Counted from the whole stretch's first letter, positions 36,915-51,839 are shown. The stretch: DNA of 62,771 nucleotides, filler included, from Platydemus manokwari (GCA_037951405.1; 6 parts of 6 records of this genome joined end to end with filler, not necessarily neighbours in it), one strand, 5' to 3'. Numbers and translations: made by a program. The notes: generated by a model not told the origin, from the letters alone.

Positions 36915-39900
36915 TACAAATTCTAATGATAATAATAATTGTTGATATTATTGTTAATGATAATAATAATCATTAAAACTGGGGAAATGTTTCGAAATAT
37001 CATTAAGGTGGTATCTAAATAAATGCTTTATTAAAATATTAGAAATAACATTATAAAAATAAAAGCACAAAGCAAAGGACACATTATATTTTATCCCATG
37101 CATTTGTATTATGAATGATAAAATATTATAATATAATTAGTTTGTTTAAATATTTTCATTAAAAATAGTTTAGTGGGTTGAATTTCTTGAAACGCTTTGA
37201 AGTCAAATTTTATGAAATATCAGCAGCTAACAAGGTGACCACGAGTTTAAATTCGATTTATAAAACATCAATGCAGAAATGGAAAGAAGATATAAAAAAA
37301 TATTTTTTAACTATTTTAAACACAATAAATTACTGATAATAAACCCAAATTGAAAGTACAATAAATGCACCAGATCCAAATGGTATGTGAGAATGAATGT
37401 GAGTGCAAAGACCTTACGTTCGAATCCACCAATAAGAGAATAAGGATATGGGAATTTGAGATTCTATTCGAAATTTATCCTAACAAGAACCGGTCTAGCT
37501 TGTAAATATCCTGTTGTGGTTATTAATGATTCATGACCGGAAAACCCTCTCAATCATTAAAATGATATTAATGAAATTAATATTAATAACAATGTTATTC
37601 AACTTACTGAATTGCAACTTGAATTGAACTGTTCTAATGAGTGTTTTGCGGTTTTCTTTGGAAAATATTCTACAATAAAAAAGAACATCAATTTTTCTAA
37701 AATAATAACATAAAATTATAATGCAAATTCATTGGCATTTTGATGGACAATGCCACTATAGGCTTCATGGATTCTGTGGTATCCTCACTGTAGTTGGTGA
37801 TGTTTCCGTTCAGTGGTACCGAATTCAACAAATTGCTGTTATCGCAACAGTATTAAAACAAAGAATTACATTCGATTTATCACATTTTATTAATATAATT
37901 AACGAATTACAAGACGAAATAAAACTTCTTGTAAACTTCTTGGATTAATGTGGAATGTTTTCATTTATTTTCATAGCACAAAAAGTTATATAATGTTTCA
38001 AGGTCAGTTAATTATTTTTATTCGTAAAACAAAGAAGAAAAATTTCAAAAATTTTGAGTTTCGAAACAAAAAATTATAATCAACATACAAATAGAAAAAG
38101 CTATTCACAGCAATTATTCTTGTCACATTTTTCACGCTTCATTTGAGAATTTCCGTTGTTTCCTTTTTACTGACATCTATCTCCTCACACTCAGTGAACT
38201 TCATTGTCCTAGGGATGAGATTTTGTAAATTCTATTTTGATTTGGTTTGTTGTTGCTTATCGATCTCATACTTGCTAGTTTGTGATGTCTTAGACTTTGA
38301 GTTGATAAAGGATTTCTTTTCCACTTCCAGCATATAAATCCATAAATTTTATTTTTATTCTCATTATAATTTCTATCAATCGACAATTAGATAATAATTT
38401 ATATCTGATACATGGGATACTATTTTTGATATTTATGTAATCATTCACTTTATGAACTCCAATAACAGAATGCATCATAATATAATATGTGCTTATTACA
38501 TTATTATCAAATTTCCTTTAAGTTTGATAATGTGTTCGTCTATCTGTCTGGTAGGTATCGAATTACGCAATGTTTAATCTAATACTTATAGATTACTTAA
38601 ACGAAATAATAATGTTTCGATATATCGGACCCATATCAGAATTGATGCTATCATCTTGTGATTAACTTCTTTGGTTTCAAATCGATAAAAAATTGAAAAT
38701 CAAAGACTAATTTACGCTTTGATTTGTATATTGTCTGGTAAAAACAATAATTTTTGTGAGGAAAATTTAAAAAAACTAATAATAATTAAAAATGATAATT
38801 TTAATAAAAATAATTTTATTATTATTTTAATAATTTAACAATATTTTGAAATTGTGTTAAATTATTTAATATAAAGTAATTATTAAGTAATTTTAATATT
38901 TTATCTATACCTGATTAAAATTGATAGATAAAGCTCTCTAGAAAACATTTTTGAAAAAGGATTAAAATTTGTTTAAAAATAGTTTGATTGGTTTTTATTT
39001 AATGAAGTTAAGAATATCGCCATAGTGTCTTCTTTTATTGAACTCTATTTCAAGTGAAGTAGCAACTACTAACAATTTTAATAAAAGGGTCTTTTAACGT
39101 TATAATTTTAAATCAATTTCAAAATGAGGGATTTTGTCATTTTGAAAATACTTTTCTCTAAAATATTACTTTTCCCACAACACTTTATTTCGTTTGTCTT
39201 TGCTTTTATGTCATACTGTTTGATATTTTATTATTATTATAAACATGTTTGTCATGCTTCAATCAGTTGTGTAGTCTTTGTGTTTTGATAAAATTTTACA
39301 CTCACACACATACTCTCACACTCACACACTCATAAATATATTTCACCACCAACCTAAAATTATTACATATACGATAGGGAACCATGGTTTAGTGATCTAA
39401 ACAAACGAATTCAATTCAAGAGATTGTCGATTTAAAATGCATTTGCTATTCCTTGATCTGCGATGCTAATGCCATTCTTACTTTTTCATACGAAATCTAA
39501 TCATAATTCTTTTTCGCTGGTATTTCCGCCAACAAAACCATTCAATATCATTTTATATCAGTGAAAATATCTTCCAAAAAAACATTTACGAAAAATAATA
39601 ACACGAAAGATTTGTTGTTACTGGAAAATTATTTTCGACAAATTATCGATAATCGTTTTGGAGTTTGATTTTTACAGTTGAATGATTAGTTTGAATTGAC
39701 CGTAACCATGGTGATTATTACAAGCTATCACTAATTATATTCAATTATTAATGTGAATGTCTCAACGGCAAAATGTCAATATTATTTCGTTCTTTGTTTT
39801 AATGATTCGTATGGGATTAAATGAAGATTAGCAATATTTTAGCATAGTTCTGACAATCTCGCAACGTTGTATATCGTGCTAATAAATGCATTCATATTTT

Positions 39901-40732
39901 TTTGTTAATATTTTTTTGTTTTACTGGAAATATTAACGAAATATATTTATCGATTTATTAATCTATATTGATGGATTTGTTATGGAAAACAATCGAAATA
40001 TAAAACCATTAATTTATTTAGGAAATAGCAAAGAACGATTTTACGTGACAGAAAATGGGAAAATAAAATTGGCTTTCAAAATATTTATATATAATTAAAT
40101 ATAAAAATAAATAAATAAATATACTACTGATAAATAGTTCCAAACCGAAGACAAGAACAAATAATTGATTAAAACCAACTAAATTACACACGGAAAATGT
40201 TGATAAAAACCATAACCGAAAGTAATGAGTTGAATAGAGCAAATGTCTGCTGTCATCAGCTCAATATAAACAAATTCCACTGCAAAACTCCATTTTTTAC
40301 TACAGAATATTTGTCGATGAATTCAATGAAAACGGGAATATTTTTGTTTCAGTCATTAATAATTGATTTTTGTTTATTTGAACTCTTCATCTAGATTAAT
40401 CGATATTTTCCTATATATAATATATATAATAATCTAATACAAACAAATGTTATCATCGCACTTAACTATATCACTAACCACATAATCATGATTTATAGTT
40501 TTATTTATAAATTAGTTTGGGAAATTATTATTGTTAATCAAAAATATATAATTTTTTTTCAATTTTTAATTTTATTATTCATTATCATTATTGAAATTTT
40601 TTATGATATCGATTATTTTAACTGTTATTAATATTGTTAGTTTCATTATAAATATTATTATGATAAATATTACTATTACATTTTTAATTAATTATTTTAT
40701 CAATTATTAGTTTTATTATTATTATCATTGTC

Positions 40733-40754
40733 ATTATTATTATTATTATTGTTG

Positions 40755-40809
<55 letters not shown>
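40733..40809 (+). repeat. (TTA)n/(TTG)n microsatellite at contig end
   Basis: Directly visible, abuts the gap. Confidence 0.95.
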
Positions 40810-40909
40810 NNNNNNNNNNNNNNNNNNNNNNNNNNNNNNNNNNNNNNNNNNNNTTAATTAATTAANNNNNNNNNNNNNNNNNNNNNNNNNNNNNNNNNNN
40901 NNNNNNNNN
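40810..40909. other. assembly linker
   Basis: Same 100-bp spacer. Confidence 0.99.
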
Positions 40910-40983
40910 ATGTTTAAATGATTTGGTAAAACAAAAACTTTAAACAACTAAAAAACATGAATAACTTTTGACTCAGCCTAATA
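40910..40983 (-). mobile_element. terminus of a mariner-type element at the contig start
   Basis: Reverse complement starts TATTAGGCTGAGTCAAAAGTTATTCATG (TA + TTAGG mariner-type TIR). Identical over 70 bp to 51770-51839. Confidence 0.8.
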
Positions 40984-43900
40984 CAACACCATTTTAAAAG
41001 AAAATAACAACTCAGACACCTTACAAATTTCCACTGAAAAACAGCGTCACATCTACTCACATTAATCAAAACATGTTAATTTTTTGCATTAGTATTTTAT
41101 CAATTCAATTGGGTATTGGGATTTAGATGAGTCACACAGGGAAAGATTTATTTAAATCGAGGCAAAATTTAATTGTATGGTCATTATTTTTAGGCATTTT
41201 AATTAGAATTTTGAAGTAACTTGATTTGAAAAAAATATTCATTCCAAATCATTTTCATATTTCATCTTACGCCTAGATATGTTTAACTTATGATTTCTTT
41301 TTGTTGTAAATTTTGAGACTCAAATCATGGAATTCACCAAGTTGCAAAATACACCATTCTGTTATCAGTCAAGACTGATTAGTTGGTGATACATGTTGTT
41401 TCTACACCTAATTAAAATCCTTGACCAATAATGTCGAAGTTGGCAAGCATTATTCCACTTGTATATCTTTCAACGCTGTTATTTTTAAAAATATTAAATG
41501 CCAACGACTTAGTGTTTTCAAATAGAACATAATCGAACGAATTCCCCAACGTGAATACCATTTTATTGTCAAATGATTTCAATATTAATTAGATTTCTCT
41601 AGTCTTTATTATATTTTCACTGAAAAATAAATAATTTTTTAGATTATATAATCTAAATTTAGTTTGTCTAGTTATTTCCAAATGAAAATTTATGTTTAGT
41701 GTAATCTATACTGCTAAAATATGTTTTCGTTTATTAAAGAGTAAAAGGTCTTTATACATGTATTGATTTATCGATTATTATGTGAACATTTATTTTCAAA
41801 TAATTCGATATAATCGATTTTTAATATGATTATTTAAATAAATATGCTTGTTTTTATAAATCAACGCATGAATAAAGATAATGTTATTCTATAAATTTTA
41901 ATGCACTTTTTATGAACACAAAGGTTCCACTATGTTGCACATAGATAGTGCTCACACATTTCAATACTGTGTCGAAAGGGTTGACATTGGTTACAATGTA
42001 ATGTTATTTAAATTTATATTTGAAATGTATTGTTTAAGAGTACTTTTATCGTTTTTATCTCTCTTTTTTAATAATTATTTTTATAAAGTCTTAAGTACTT
42101 CATGAAATGGCTCATAGATTATACATGATGTCATTAATAGTAGGCTGAACGCATTTCAATACAAGATGCACTTACATCGAAAAGTAATTATTGCTAAATC
42201 CCCAGTGAACTTATGTGGAAGATTGAATTTTCAATAAGTTAATAACTTAGTAAGATGTTTCTAATAAAATAATTATAATAATTATAGAACCAAAATATTA
42301 ATTTTTTTATTCAACATAAAATTTATATGCACTCGAATTACATGTATCTTTTTAAATATTATTTTGTCTTTTTAACCATTATCTTGTCGTATTAAAAGGG
42401 GAATAAATCTTCAATTATTTCCTATATGATGTTTATTTTTTTTAATTTAATGATGCTTTTTATTATTAAATACATTCTCTTAATGCTTGTTGTAATTATA
42501 TTTATTAAACTTTCTACATAGGAGGCAAAAACGTATGGATTATGAATTGTAATTAATTGTTAGGGATGATAATACTGAATTTGTTCAGTTCGATTCATTT
42601 AACTGAGCATGTTTTATTTATCTACATTATGATGGTTTTATAAAGTATGAACCAGTTATATTTATTTTATGACCAGAACATATTGAGTGAATATAATAAT
42701 TGGATTTTAAAATACCTTAAAAATTGTTAACATATATCACGTTTTCAAATTAAAATGTTTTCAATTTTGGTATCTTTAAGATGATTTTCATTTGATCTTT
42801 CTCTTTGTTTTTCATTCTCTTCTTTCTTTTCTTACTCATTAGGAAAAAATTAAGATTCCAGTTGTAAATTCACGTTAATCGTCTAGTTTAAAATGTGAGT
42901 ATTTCTATTGTTTGATAAATCGAATGTTTAAATTTTTTTCGAATTATTTATTTTTTGATTGGCTTGCAAATGGAGAATTATTCTAAAAAAAATATTAATT
43001 AATTATTGAAGATTTTCTTTAGATGTCTTTGAGTTTTTTTTAAGAAAACTTTTCAATATTGGTGCATGTCAATCGAATTGGTTTTCAAATTTAGAATGAG
43101 CATTTCTGATCAATATAAATCTGAAAAACTTTTATCAGGGATTATCTCACCAGGGCATCATGAAGTATCGATCTTTTCATTCTCTGAGAAATAGGTTATT
43201 TTGTTACAAATCTCAAATCTAGTGTATTTTATTACAAATTTTAATCGTTATTTTTTAAAAATGATTTAATACGTTTTCATTTGATGGGATAATCTCTTTT
43301 TAAGCTAAAAGACTCATTGATTATAGTGCAGATCTTATTAGATATCAATTTTCAATTAAATTTCATTCTGATAGGTGGAGAAAATCTGATTAGTTTGTTC
43401 TGAAATGTTATAAACCGATTACATCATCAGTGTCTTTTGTTTTTAGTTGTCAATTTTTAAATATCAAGTTCGATTCAAATGAAAATTTCCGAATTTATTA
43501 AAACTAAATTACTCGATTCGTCAATTCGTTGGTTGAAAGAAAACAATTCAATTCGCTTTCGACAACTTTAACTTATTGGAAGAAGTAAACTGATGTTTGC
43601 AATGAAAGATTAAATCTTTAAAACACTTGAAACATCAAAACCAGGGTTGTACAACCAAATTGAAATTTCAAATATCTCTGGCTTATTAAGAACAATAAAT
43701 AAAAAGCTTATAAGAAATACAATACTTGTCGAATACTTTCTGGATATATACTTCCTAAAGTCTTTAATTTCGTGCTTCTCTTAGAAATAACTAGACTATT
43801 CATCCATTTACAACCGCTTGACTTGTTTCGAGATTCAACATGGCTTTCTAACATTAACAACCGATTATTACAATCAAGATAAACTTCAAAGTCGGGTTTT

Positions 43901-45040
43901 TATGGATATTTTAAAATTGTTGTATTCAATGAAATAAGAAAAAATATTAATGTAAAATCAAAGCTTTTTTAATTTTCATTCTTATCGACCGAAGGCTACA
44001 GCTAATATTTGCATGCTCTGATCAAGAGGAAAAAATTTAAAATAAATAAAATAAAGATCGACAATTGTTAGTTTAAAATGTAGAGATTAATTGATTATAG
44101 CTTTCCATTACTAGACAAAAATGAATGAGAAATAATAATGTTTAAAATCTGTAGACCGTTTTATGCTTAAGCAAACAATGGAACAACGCGGAATAATCAT
44201 GGAAACATTTCCGGAAAAACTTTTGATTTTCCAAATTAATTTTTATAATTAATATATTCAGAGAATTAAGTGCGGGATAAAATTTATCAATAAATCGGTC
44301 ATAATTGGTTTACGAAAAGGTTTTAATGGATTGGTTTTACTAGTTTGTTTTTACACTTTATTAAAATCTCGATTGGAGAGAGTAATTTTTCAAAAACAAA
44401 CATAAATAAAAAATAAAAGTGTTATTTGGGTGAAAGAAAATGTATGCTAGAAACAATTGGGAAACAATCGAGATTCTATTTTACCACCAAATTCTAGTGG
44501 AAAAGTGGAATTTCAAATTCGCCATTTCAAAATGAAGCAGATTTTAAAATCGTTTTTTAAAATGAAATTAAAAGCAAAATTAAAAGTTGCTTTCGATTTT
44601 ATCTGTGATGGTTAATTAATCGATTTCCAGTTTCGCATTTTCTGAGGAAATACAAATATGTGATGCTGTTTGAAAATCCTGAGTTAATAATAGCCTAAGT
44701 GGTTGTGGTTCAAATTGCTAAGCCTAACTAAAATCCAAAGATTCAGCACAATAGGAAATGTTCGTTGATTGATAATAAAAGAATTTATAAGTGTAATTCA
44801 TCGACTTCCTGAAAACAAATATAAAATAAATAAATAAGATTTTATGATGCTGCTTTATAATTTTCCCAAATATTGTCAAGATACTAAAGTGGTCGTGCAA
44901 GACAAATAGATGGTGGGTGAAAAAGTTATGAGTTAAGGTGCCTAGTAAATTTTGGAATAATGATACAATCATATCGAAACAGACTTGTTCCTGAATAAAA
45001 TTTACTATCCTACATAATGTTCGGATTGAAATTCAAAACT

Positions 45041-45990
45041 TTTGTTGGTGCATAAATTGGTGCAGTTTTATTTGTTGCAAAGAAAACAAACCAACTTCTT
45101 GTTTTTAGTTATTTGAGTTTTATTCATTCAGCTGAATTATCTGTTTAAATAATTTTAGACTAACTTTCACTTTCATTACCCTCATTAAAATAGAGTCTCA
45201 TGTAAATAAAATGGGACATATTCGGCATCTACTTCATTTCTATTTTAATCAAAATTTAAATGCTGGAGAAGCCACCGGAATGATTTGTTGCGTTTATAGA
45301 GAAAAAGCAGTCACTGAACTAACAGCGCAAAAGTGATTTTCGAAATTTAAGCTTGGACAAGCCATAGATTGTGATCACATTACTATTTTTCGACATCTCA
45401 AGAGAATGGGAAAAGTTCAAAAGCTTGGATCACGAGTAGCTCACCTTCCCAAAGGAAGTCACAAAAATCAACGTGTTACTATTCCTGCATCTTTACACTT
45501 TCGCCTCCAATCTGCTGTGCAGCAATATCAATCTTTCCTTTCCAAGATCATAATAGTTGATGAGAAATTGTGCCTGTATGTAAATTTGAAACACAAAAAG
45601 AGCTTGGGTAAGTCCTCAAAAGCAATCACAAGCACGTGCGAAACCCGAAGTTCACCAACGCAAATTCTTGCTGTGCGTTTGGTGGGACTGAGTTAGTGTT
45701 ATTCATTACGAAATCTTGTCAAGAAACCAATCAATGCCGAACTTTAGTGTGAATAACTCAAGCGAGTAAACACTGCAATCAACGTGAAGAGGTCCTCCAT
45801 ATTCACTCGACTTAGCCCCAACAGATTTTCATCTTTGCCACTTCATGTCGAACTATCTTTCTGGTCGCACACAACATCATGGATTAAAGAATTTTTCGAT
45901 CAAAAATCGCCAAGCTTCTTCAAATATGGGATTGACAAATTGCCAGAACGATGGAAGGAAGTGATCGATTGTGACGGAGAATATTTGTGA
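45041..45990 (+). mobile_element. decayed, internally deleted mariner transposon
   Basis: TIR-like GTTGGTGCATAAATTGGTGCAGTTTT near 45044. From 45211 MGHIRHLLHFYF..AQK*FSKFK (HTH), RVAHL (WVPHEL), IIVDEKLCLY (TGDEKW), a remnant of the YSPDLAP motif and C-terminal FFKYGIDKLPERWKEVIDCDGEY. Several stops and frameshifts. Confidence 0.93.
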
Positions 45991-48900
45991 CCGAGGTGTT
46001 TGTTTTTTTAATGATTTCATCAATGCATTTTATTTTATGAATTTTATGCATTTTTAATAATTGTAAAAAACTATAGTTGTAATAAAAGTGAGGAACTTAA
46101 CAAGTGAAAATGTTAATATAAATAAATTAATAAAAGCTTATTCAAATATTAAGTAGTTAAACATAGATAAATAAAATTAAAATAAACTAATAATTATCAA
46201 AAATAAATAAGAAAATAAAATAAGTTAACAAATAAAGATTTGGTTTATTAAATTATATTTATTTTTGATAAATAATTTACCAAACTAGTATTTAAAAGTC
46301 AATTATTGATTTGAAGCTTATTGAATATTCAGATTATGCATATAGAGTTGGTCGCATTGGTCCAAGCAAAACTGATATCTAAGCAATGGTAGTCAGTTGA
46401 AGACTGCTATTGACAAAATAATCGTAACTAATATGAAAGTTATTAGAATTTTCAAAGGAGTTATTTTCCAATGAAGCCGCCAAATTTTTTTTACTTAAAG
46501 AGTAACGTATTCGGACAACTTATTAAGAGTGCTGATAATTCTCAATTGTTATACAAATAGAATATTCGTAAAAGTTTTTGCGAGTGTATTAGTAAGGCCA
46601 GAAGCAGATTCTAGGTCACTATCTCGAAATTGTGCACTGACTTGTTCCTCTTTTAAAAATTAACAGAATCTTTGTTAAGGGATTGGTTCTCATATATCAA
46701 ATTTTGTATAGTGTGATGCTTCTTGGCATTTTTGTTACATTTTTCGTTCTTAGAGTTCATGCTTTATTGGTAATTTACGCTTTATTAGTTTACACGTTTC
46801 TGACTAAACAAACCAATAATATTGTAAACAAGGATCAATTAACTACTTGAAATGTTTGAAGGTTTGAAAAATTCATGTTTCAAATTGGTTTTATCATTTA
46901 TTAAAAATAATTATTATTTGATATTTTGCCATCCTCTATTAAAATAAAATTTCTAAATCACCTAATAAAAATCATATCTTAAATTTTAATGGATTACTGT
47001 TCATTATTATTATTAATGTTACTTATTATTATTAATGATTTTTTTTAATTAAAGCGGCCACTTTGAAGACTTTCGGTGACTATCTTTACAAATTTATTAA
47101 TTTACATAAGATGATTTTTTACTTAATTATCTTCTTTTTACGATCAATCTTTTTCAGTCCTCAGTATACTCATTCAATATATCGACTACATTGTATTCAT
47201 GCTTGTTTTAGTTCTCAAACTCATTTTGCCTATTAGCCTATATCATTAGGCTAATTAATTTTTTATCCGAGACAGTTAAAGTGCAACATATTGAGTTTAA
47301 TAGATTTTTAAATTATTAAGTCGTTGTCATATTCGAAAATTTGCTCTTCATTGAAATTATTTTATGGTAATCTGAAAAGATGTGGATTGATTTATAAACT
47401 AAATATTTTCAAACTAAATACATCTCAGATCTTCGGTAATAAAAAATTAAATCAGATATGAAAATCGGACGATAAAGAAGTTTTTTAATTGAAACTTCCT
47501 ATTCGAACTTATTTCCAGTTGAATGATGGACGGAAAAGTTTTAAGTAATACCACATTGATATTATAATCTATCTTTTCACATTCCATTTTGGTGACTCGT
47601 TTGAGAATTTTCCAAAACTTTCTACTTTAAACTTCTGTTTTGATCTCATTGTCAAAAGTTTCAAAGTTTCGTTTGGCTTAACTAACCGAGCAGGAGTAAA
47701 TGTCGGTTGATAATCATTTTTCTTAGTGTTCGATAAAAGTTATTTTGATTGAACTTTTGTGAAACTTGTCGTTGTTTTTTCTTCGAATACGTATTAATGA
47801 GAACACTGTACATGAAAATAAACGACATTAAAGATCGCCTCTAATACTCATGTAACAGAGAAATCTTGTGATTAATTTTCAAGATAATCACAGAATCATT
47901 TTGAGAATTAATTTGTCGACTGGCAATCTTACTCTGTCTCTTGAATTTTCCAGGTGACGTGGAAATTATATCTACTCTCTCATGAATTTAGAGACTTGAA
48001 ACGTTGTCTATTTGGAATTGATTATTGGTGGTAGTATTAAAAATTGAATCCTTTTATATGGTATCTATCTATTGGTTAAAATTATACAAAATGTGTTTCT
48101 TGATTTCATATTATACCGAATTCATTCATATATTCACCTTCCAATCAGCACTTTGGAAACAGATCTACAATACCATCTCAAATGAATTCCATCGGAATAT
48201 TTAAAGAGTTATCATGGATACCCGTGGTTTTCAGTGACAAATTAATATCTATAGATTCTAAATTATTGTGCTGAGTACCTTCTCGGTATAAAAACCAAAC
48301 AACAAGTGAAATGCGTAGAATTATTAATTGAATTGAGATGTAAATTTAGTTAAGATCTTGACGACTGTATTAGTTACATTAGAGAAGAAAAGCAAAATTA
48401 TTGTTTGTTAAGAGATGGTATTATTATATCACGAATTTTCCTAGATTAAAACATTAAAATACTTTATAATAGCTTATGGAATTTTTGTACAAATTGTGAT
48501 AAAACGTAACACAGAAATAATTACTTTCCAACAGAATATTTGTAATCCAAAAGCATTTCAGCTGACTCTAATTGATCTCGAGATTTCACCTTTGTAACAA
48601 TATTCTGTGTTTTTCTTGATGATTACCAACAAATAATTCTATGAATCAGCATTTGAACATCGAACGAATTTCAGTCTTTGTTATGACTTTCATTGGATAA
48701 TATGATGAAATACAGATTAATATAATTATTTATAATATTATTACGTATAACATAGATATATTTTAATATAAAATAATGCGCTTATATAACAAAATATAAT
48801 GTTCGCACTGTTCTTGAATGGAATATCATTGGTGGTATTTGAAAATATAATTTCTCTTTTATAAAAATAAATTCTTTCAAATTTTTTCTCTCAATAAGTC

Positions 48901-49326
48901 AAAAACATACAATGGGGAGACATTAACAACAGACTGAAAAGTCACTACACCTATTCATGTATATAAAGAAATTAATATAGTTTTATATAAAATTTGAATT
49001 AATTCTTTGAAGATTTAATTTATTTACAGATTCTCACATTCCCCTTTCTTTAAAATCCTTGATTTTTGTCCCTGTAACGAATACTCTACTCTTTATTCAC
49101 ATTAGAACTCTAATTCTTCTGACTTTTTAATATATTGTTTTATATCTCCATTAGATCTCTACAACTTCTTTACATGTTTCTTATATCTTCTTTATATAAT
49201 CTCAATATAGTCTCAGTATCTTCCTCCTTCTCTTTTGTAATTTTCAGTCATTGAAAACGAACTGAAAAGTTACGGCATCAAATTATGGATTTAAATACCA
49301 TTATTTAAACAAATGAATATAATTTT

Positions 49327-49915
49327 GGCTTAAGTTAAGAAAAGGGATCTTTTGACCTACTTTCGAAGTAATGAATTTTCGCACATGAGATAATTTTAAA
49401 ACTTAATTTTATATATAATTGCGATGTTTGATTTATTCGTATAATTCAGTTAATTATCTTACTTTTATGATGTCTAATAGGTATTAAACATTATTTATAA
49501 ACCAAATTCCCATTCTAATCACAACACTTCTATATTATTATTTTTATAATTATAAATCGAGTTAGTTAATTACAGATATGTTTAATAATATCATTTGCTT
49601 ATTTTTATAAAATAATTGTAAAAATTGAGAATATCTCTCAATTTGCTTCTAATGTTAAAAAGAGGTCCTCGCTAATTTGCAATAAGTTGCAATTCGACCT
49701 ACTTTGATCTGTTTTTAAAATAATCAAATTTCTGGAGACTTTGAAGCTCCAGTGAACTTAATATTTGATTTCAAACAACTAAAATTCTTTTTAAGAACTT
49801 AAATAAAAAATTAAAAATACTTTGAAAGAATTTAATTAAATAAACTATATAGAATTTTGCAATACACTCAGTAAATTTAAAATTTCATTTTAGGACCCTT
49901 TCGTTAACTTTAGCC
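49327..49915. mobile_element. 589-bp MITE, probably Merlin superfamily
   Basis: Imperfect TIRs GGCTTAAGTTAAGAAAAGGG / CCCTTTCGTTAACTTTAGCC. Flanked by 8-bp direct repeats ATAATTTT / ATAACTTT (7/8). Related copies at ~890-1154 and 29944-30490. Confidence 0.75.
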
Positions 49916-51511
49916 ATAACTTTATATGGCGGTTTATGGATGGAATCTATGGAACAACTTATAAACCAACATCGACTGACATGTTGAATTAAAAAATTTA
50001 ATCCCATATTAAACAAATCAATAACTTTTCAGAACAAAACAATTAAGTCGAAAAACAATTTAGCTGTGAAATGAAATTTCCCGGTATTTAATGTGGTAAT
50101 AAAAAGTAAAATTCAGGTGAAAATCAATTATATTTTGGTAATTTAATTTTTCATTAAACTGGATTTGTTTGTTTTTGTCTGTTTCGGTCACTAAAATATA
50201 TTTAACATTCTATTAACGAGAAAATTGTTTCCAATATCACAACGAGCTTCAGTTTGATTTTTGTTTCATGAGTGTGTATGTGCATGTGTGTGCGAACGAG
50301 AAATATTTTCAAATTCATAACTTATTAATTGGAAATGTTATTCGAATTGATTAATTAAAAGTATTGTAAAAATGACACACACACACAACATTTATTAATA
50401 ATCATGATCGATTTTTATGAAGGTTTTCAAATATGTACTAACTTTAACAATATCAATGAGATATATTATTTTGTTATCATTATTCATGGAGTCCAAAGAA
50501 ATGTTATTGATTGAGATCATGATTAATCCTATAAACACCGATGTAATATATTGACCAAGTTCGATTATATATATTATTAAAATAAATAAATAAATCTCCA
50601 ACTAACAAACCAAGTAAATAGAGCAATCCTATCATAGTAAATACAATCAATTAATAAGTCATGTAATTAACGGTATGCGCAACACATATCATCGGCTTTT
50701 GAAAGCGATATATCGGCGATAATATATTCTAATAATCAATCACCAATATGAGTCGTTATCGCCTATCATTAGAAATGCAATTACTAAATCACCACCGAAT
50801 AGAATCACCACAAACAACACTGTCATGAAACAAGTAACAATATTACTAACAACTACTGCTATCCAAAGCTGTCTGCTGATTGGTTTCACATCGATTATGA
50901 ATTCGTCCAATTCTGTGTTACACCAGTTGAATTTGATTTTTAGTCGATGGACAAGATTTTTAGTGGGAATTTAATGATGATCGTCATGCTTTATCTGTTT
51001 ATGCTTGCTCAATTAGCAATGGCAGGTGGGTTCTATTTTTGGATGAATTGTTTGTTTCAATTGTTATGTTGTTCATATTGTTTTTCACAACCTATCAATC
51101 CTCATCGAACTATTCCTGTAAATGATTATGTATATTGCTATTTTTGTCATTGTTTCATAAATGGAATTGTCGTTTTGATTATTTTCCACCGTATTCAAAA
51201 TGAAATTCCATCAATTTGTTTGCTTAGATCGATTAAAATTTTCAATGACAAATAATTGATTTTTGTGAAATTATTATTGAATTTTATGAGAGGAATAAAT
51301 TCAAATAAATTGATGTGATACGTTAATGTAGGTGAAGAATTTTTACTTATTACAAAATGAAAACAAATTAATCCAATAAAATCCATCAAATCTTCAAGCA
51401 CTAAAGAATTCGACAGCAATAAACGTTTTGATGTTATTTTATGCAATTTCTAGGCATATTATTTCAATATTTTATTGTTAATATTTTTAATTTTCTCTGT
51501 TGGAATTGTTG

Positions 51512-51546
<35 letters not shown>

Positions 51547-51769
51547 GAGAAAAATATTTTATTTTTAATAAAATGAGAAAAATGCCTTTCCAATCACATA
51601 TATTGATGAAATTGAAGTGAAAACAATGCTTGATATGTGTGAATATTTTATTGTTTTAATGAAATGAAATATTTTTTAAGTTTATTTTAAGTAAATATTA
51701 TTCCGCCACATTGACTGACGAACTGGGTTGCCATGGTGCAGCAAACTTGCACGAAATAATAAATTTATA

Positions 51770-51839
51770 TATTAGGCTGAGTCAAAAGTTATTCATGTTT
51801 TTTAGTTGTTTAAAGTTTTTGTTTTACCAAATCATTTAA
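51770..51839 (+). mobile_element. terminus of a mariner-type element at the contig end
   Basis: TATTAGGCTGAGTCAAAAGTTATTCATG... runs into the gap. Exact inverted copy of 40914-40983. Confidence 0.8.

Noticed and set aside
43480-43900. LQPLDL peptide suggesting a pogo/DDE_1 transposase
   Set aside because: A single short motif with no supporting context.
47300-48950. Possible decayed transposase on the minus strand
   Set aside because: Frames are too broken to identify diagnostic motifs.
50740-51446. Hydrophobic short ORFs on both strands
   Set aside because: Composition is as expected from T-rich non-coding DNA, with no motif or exon boundaries.
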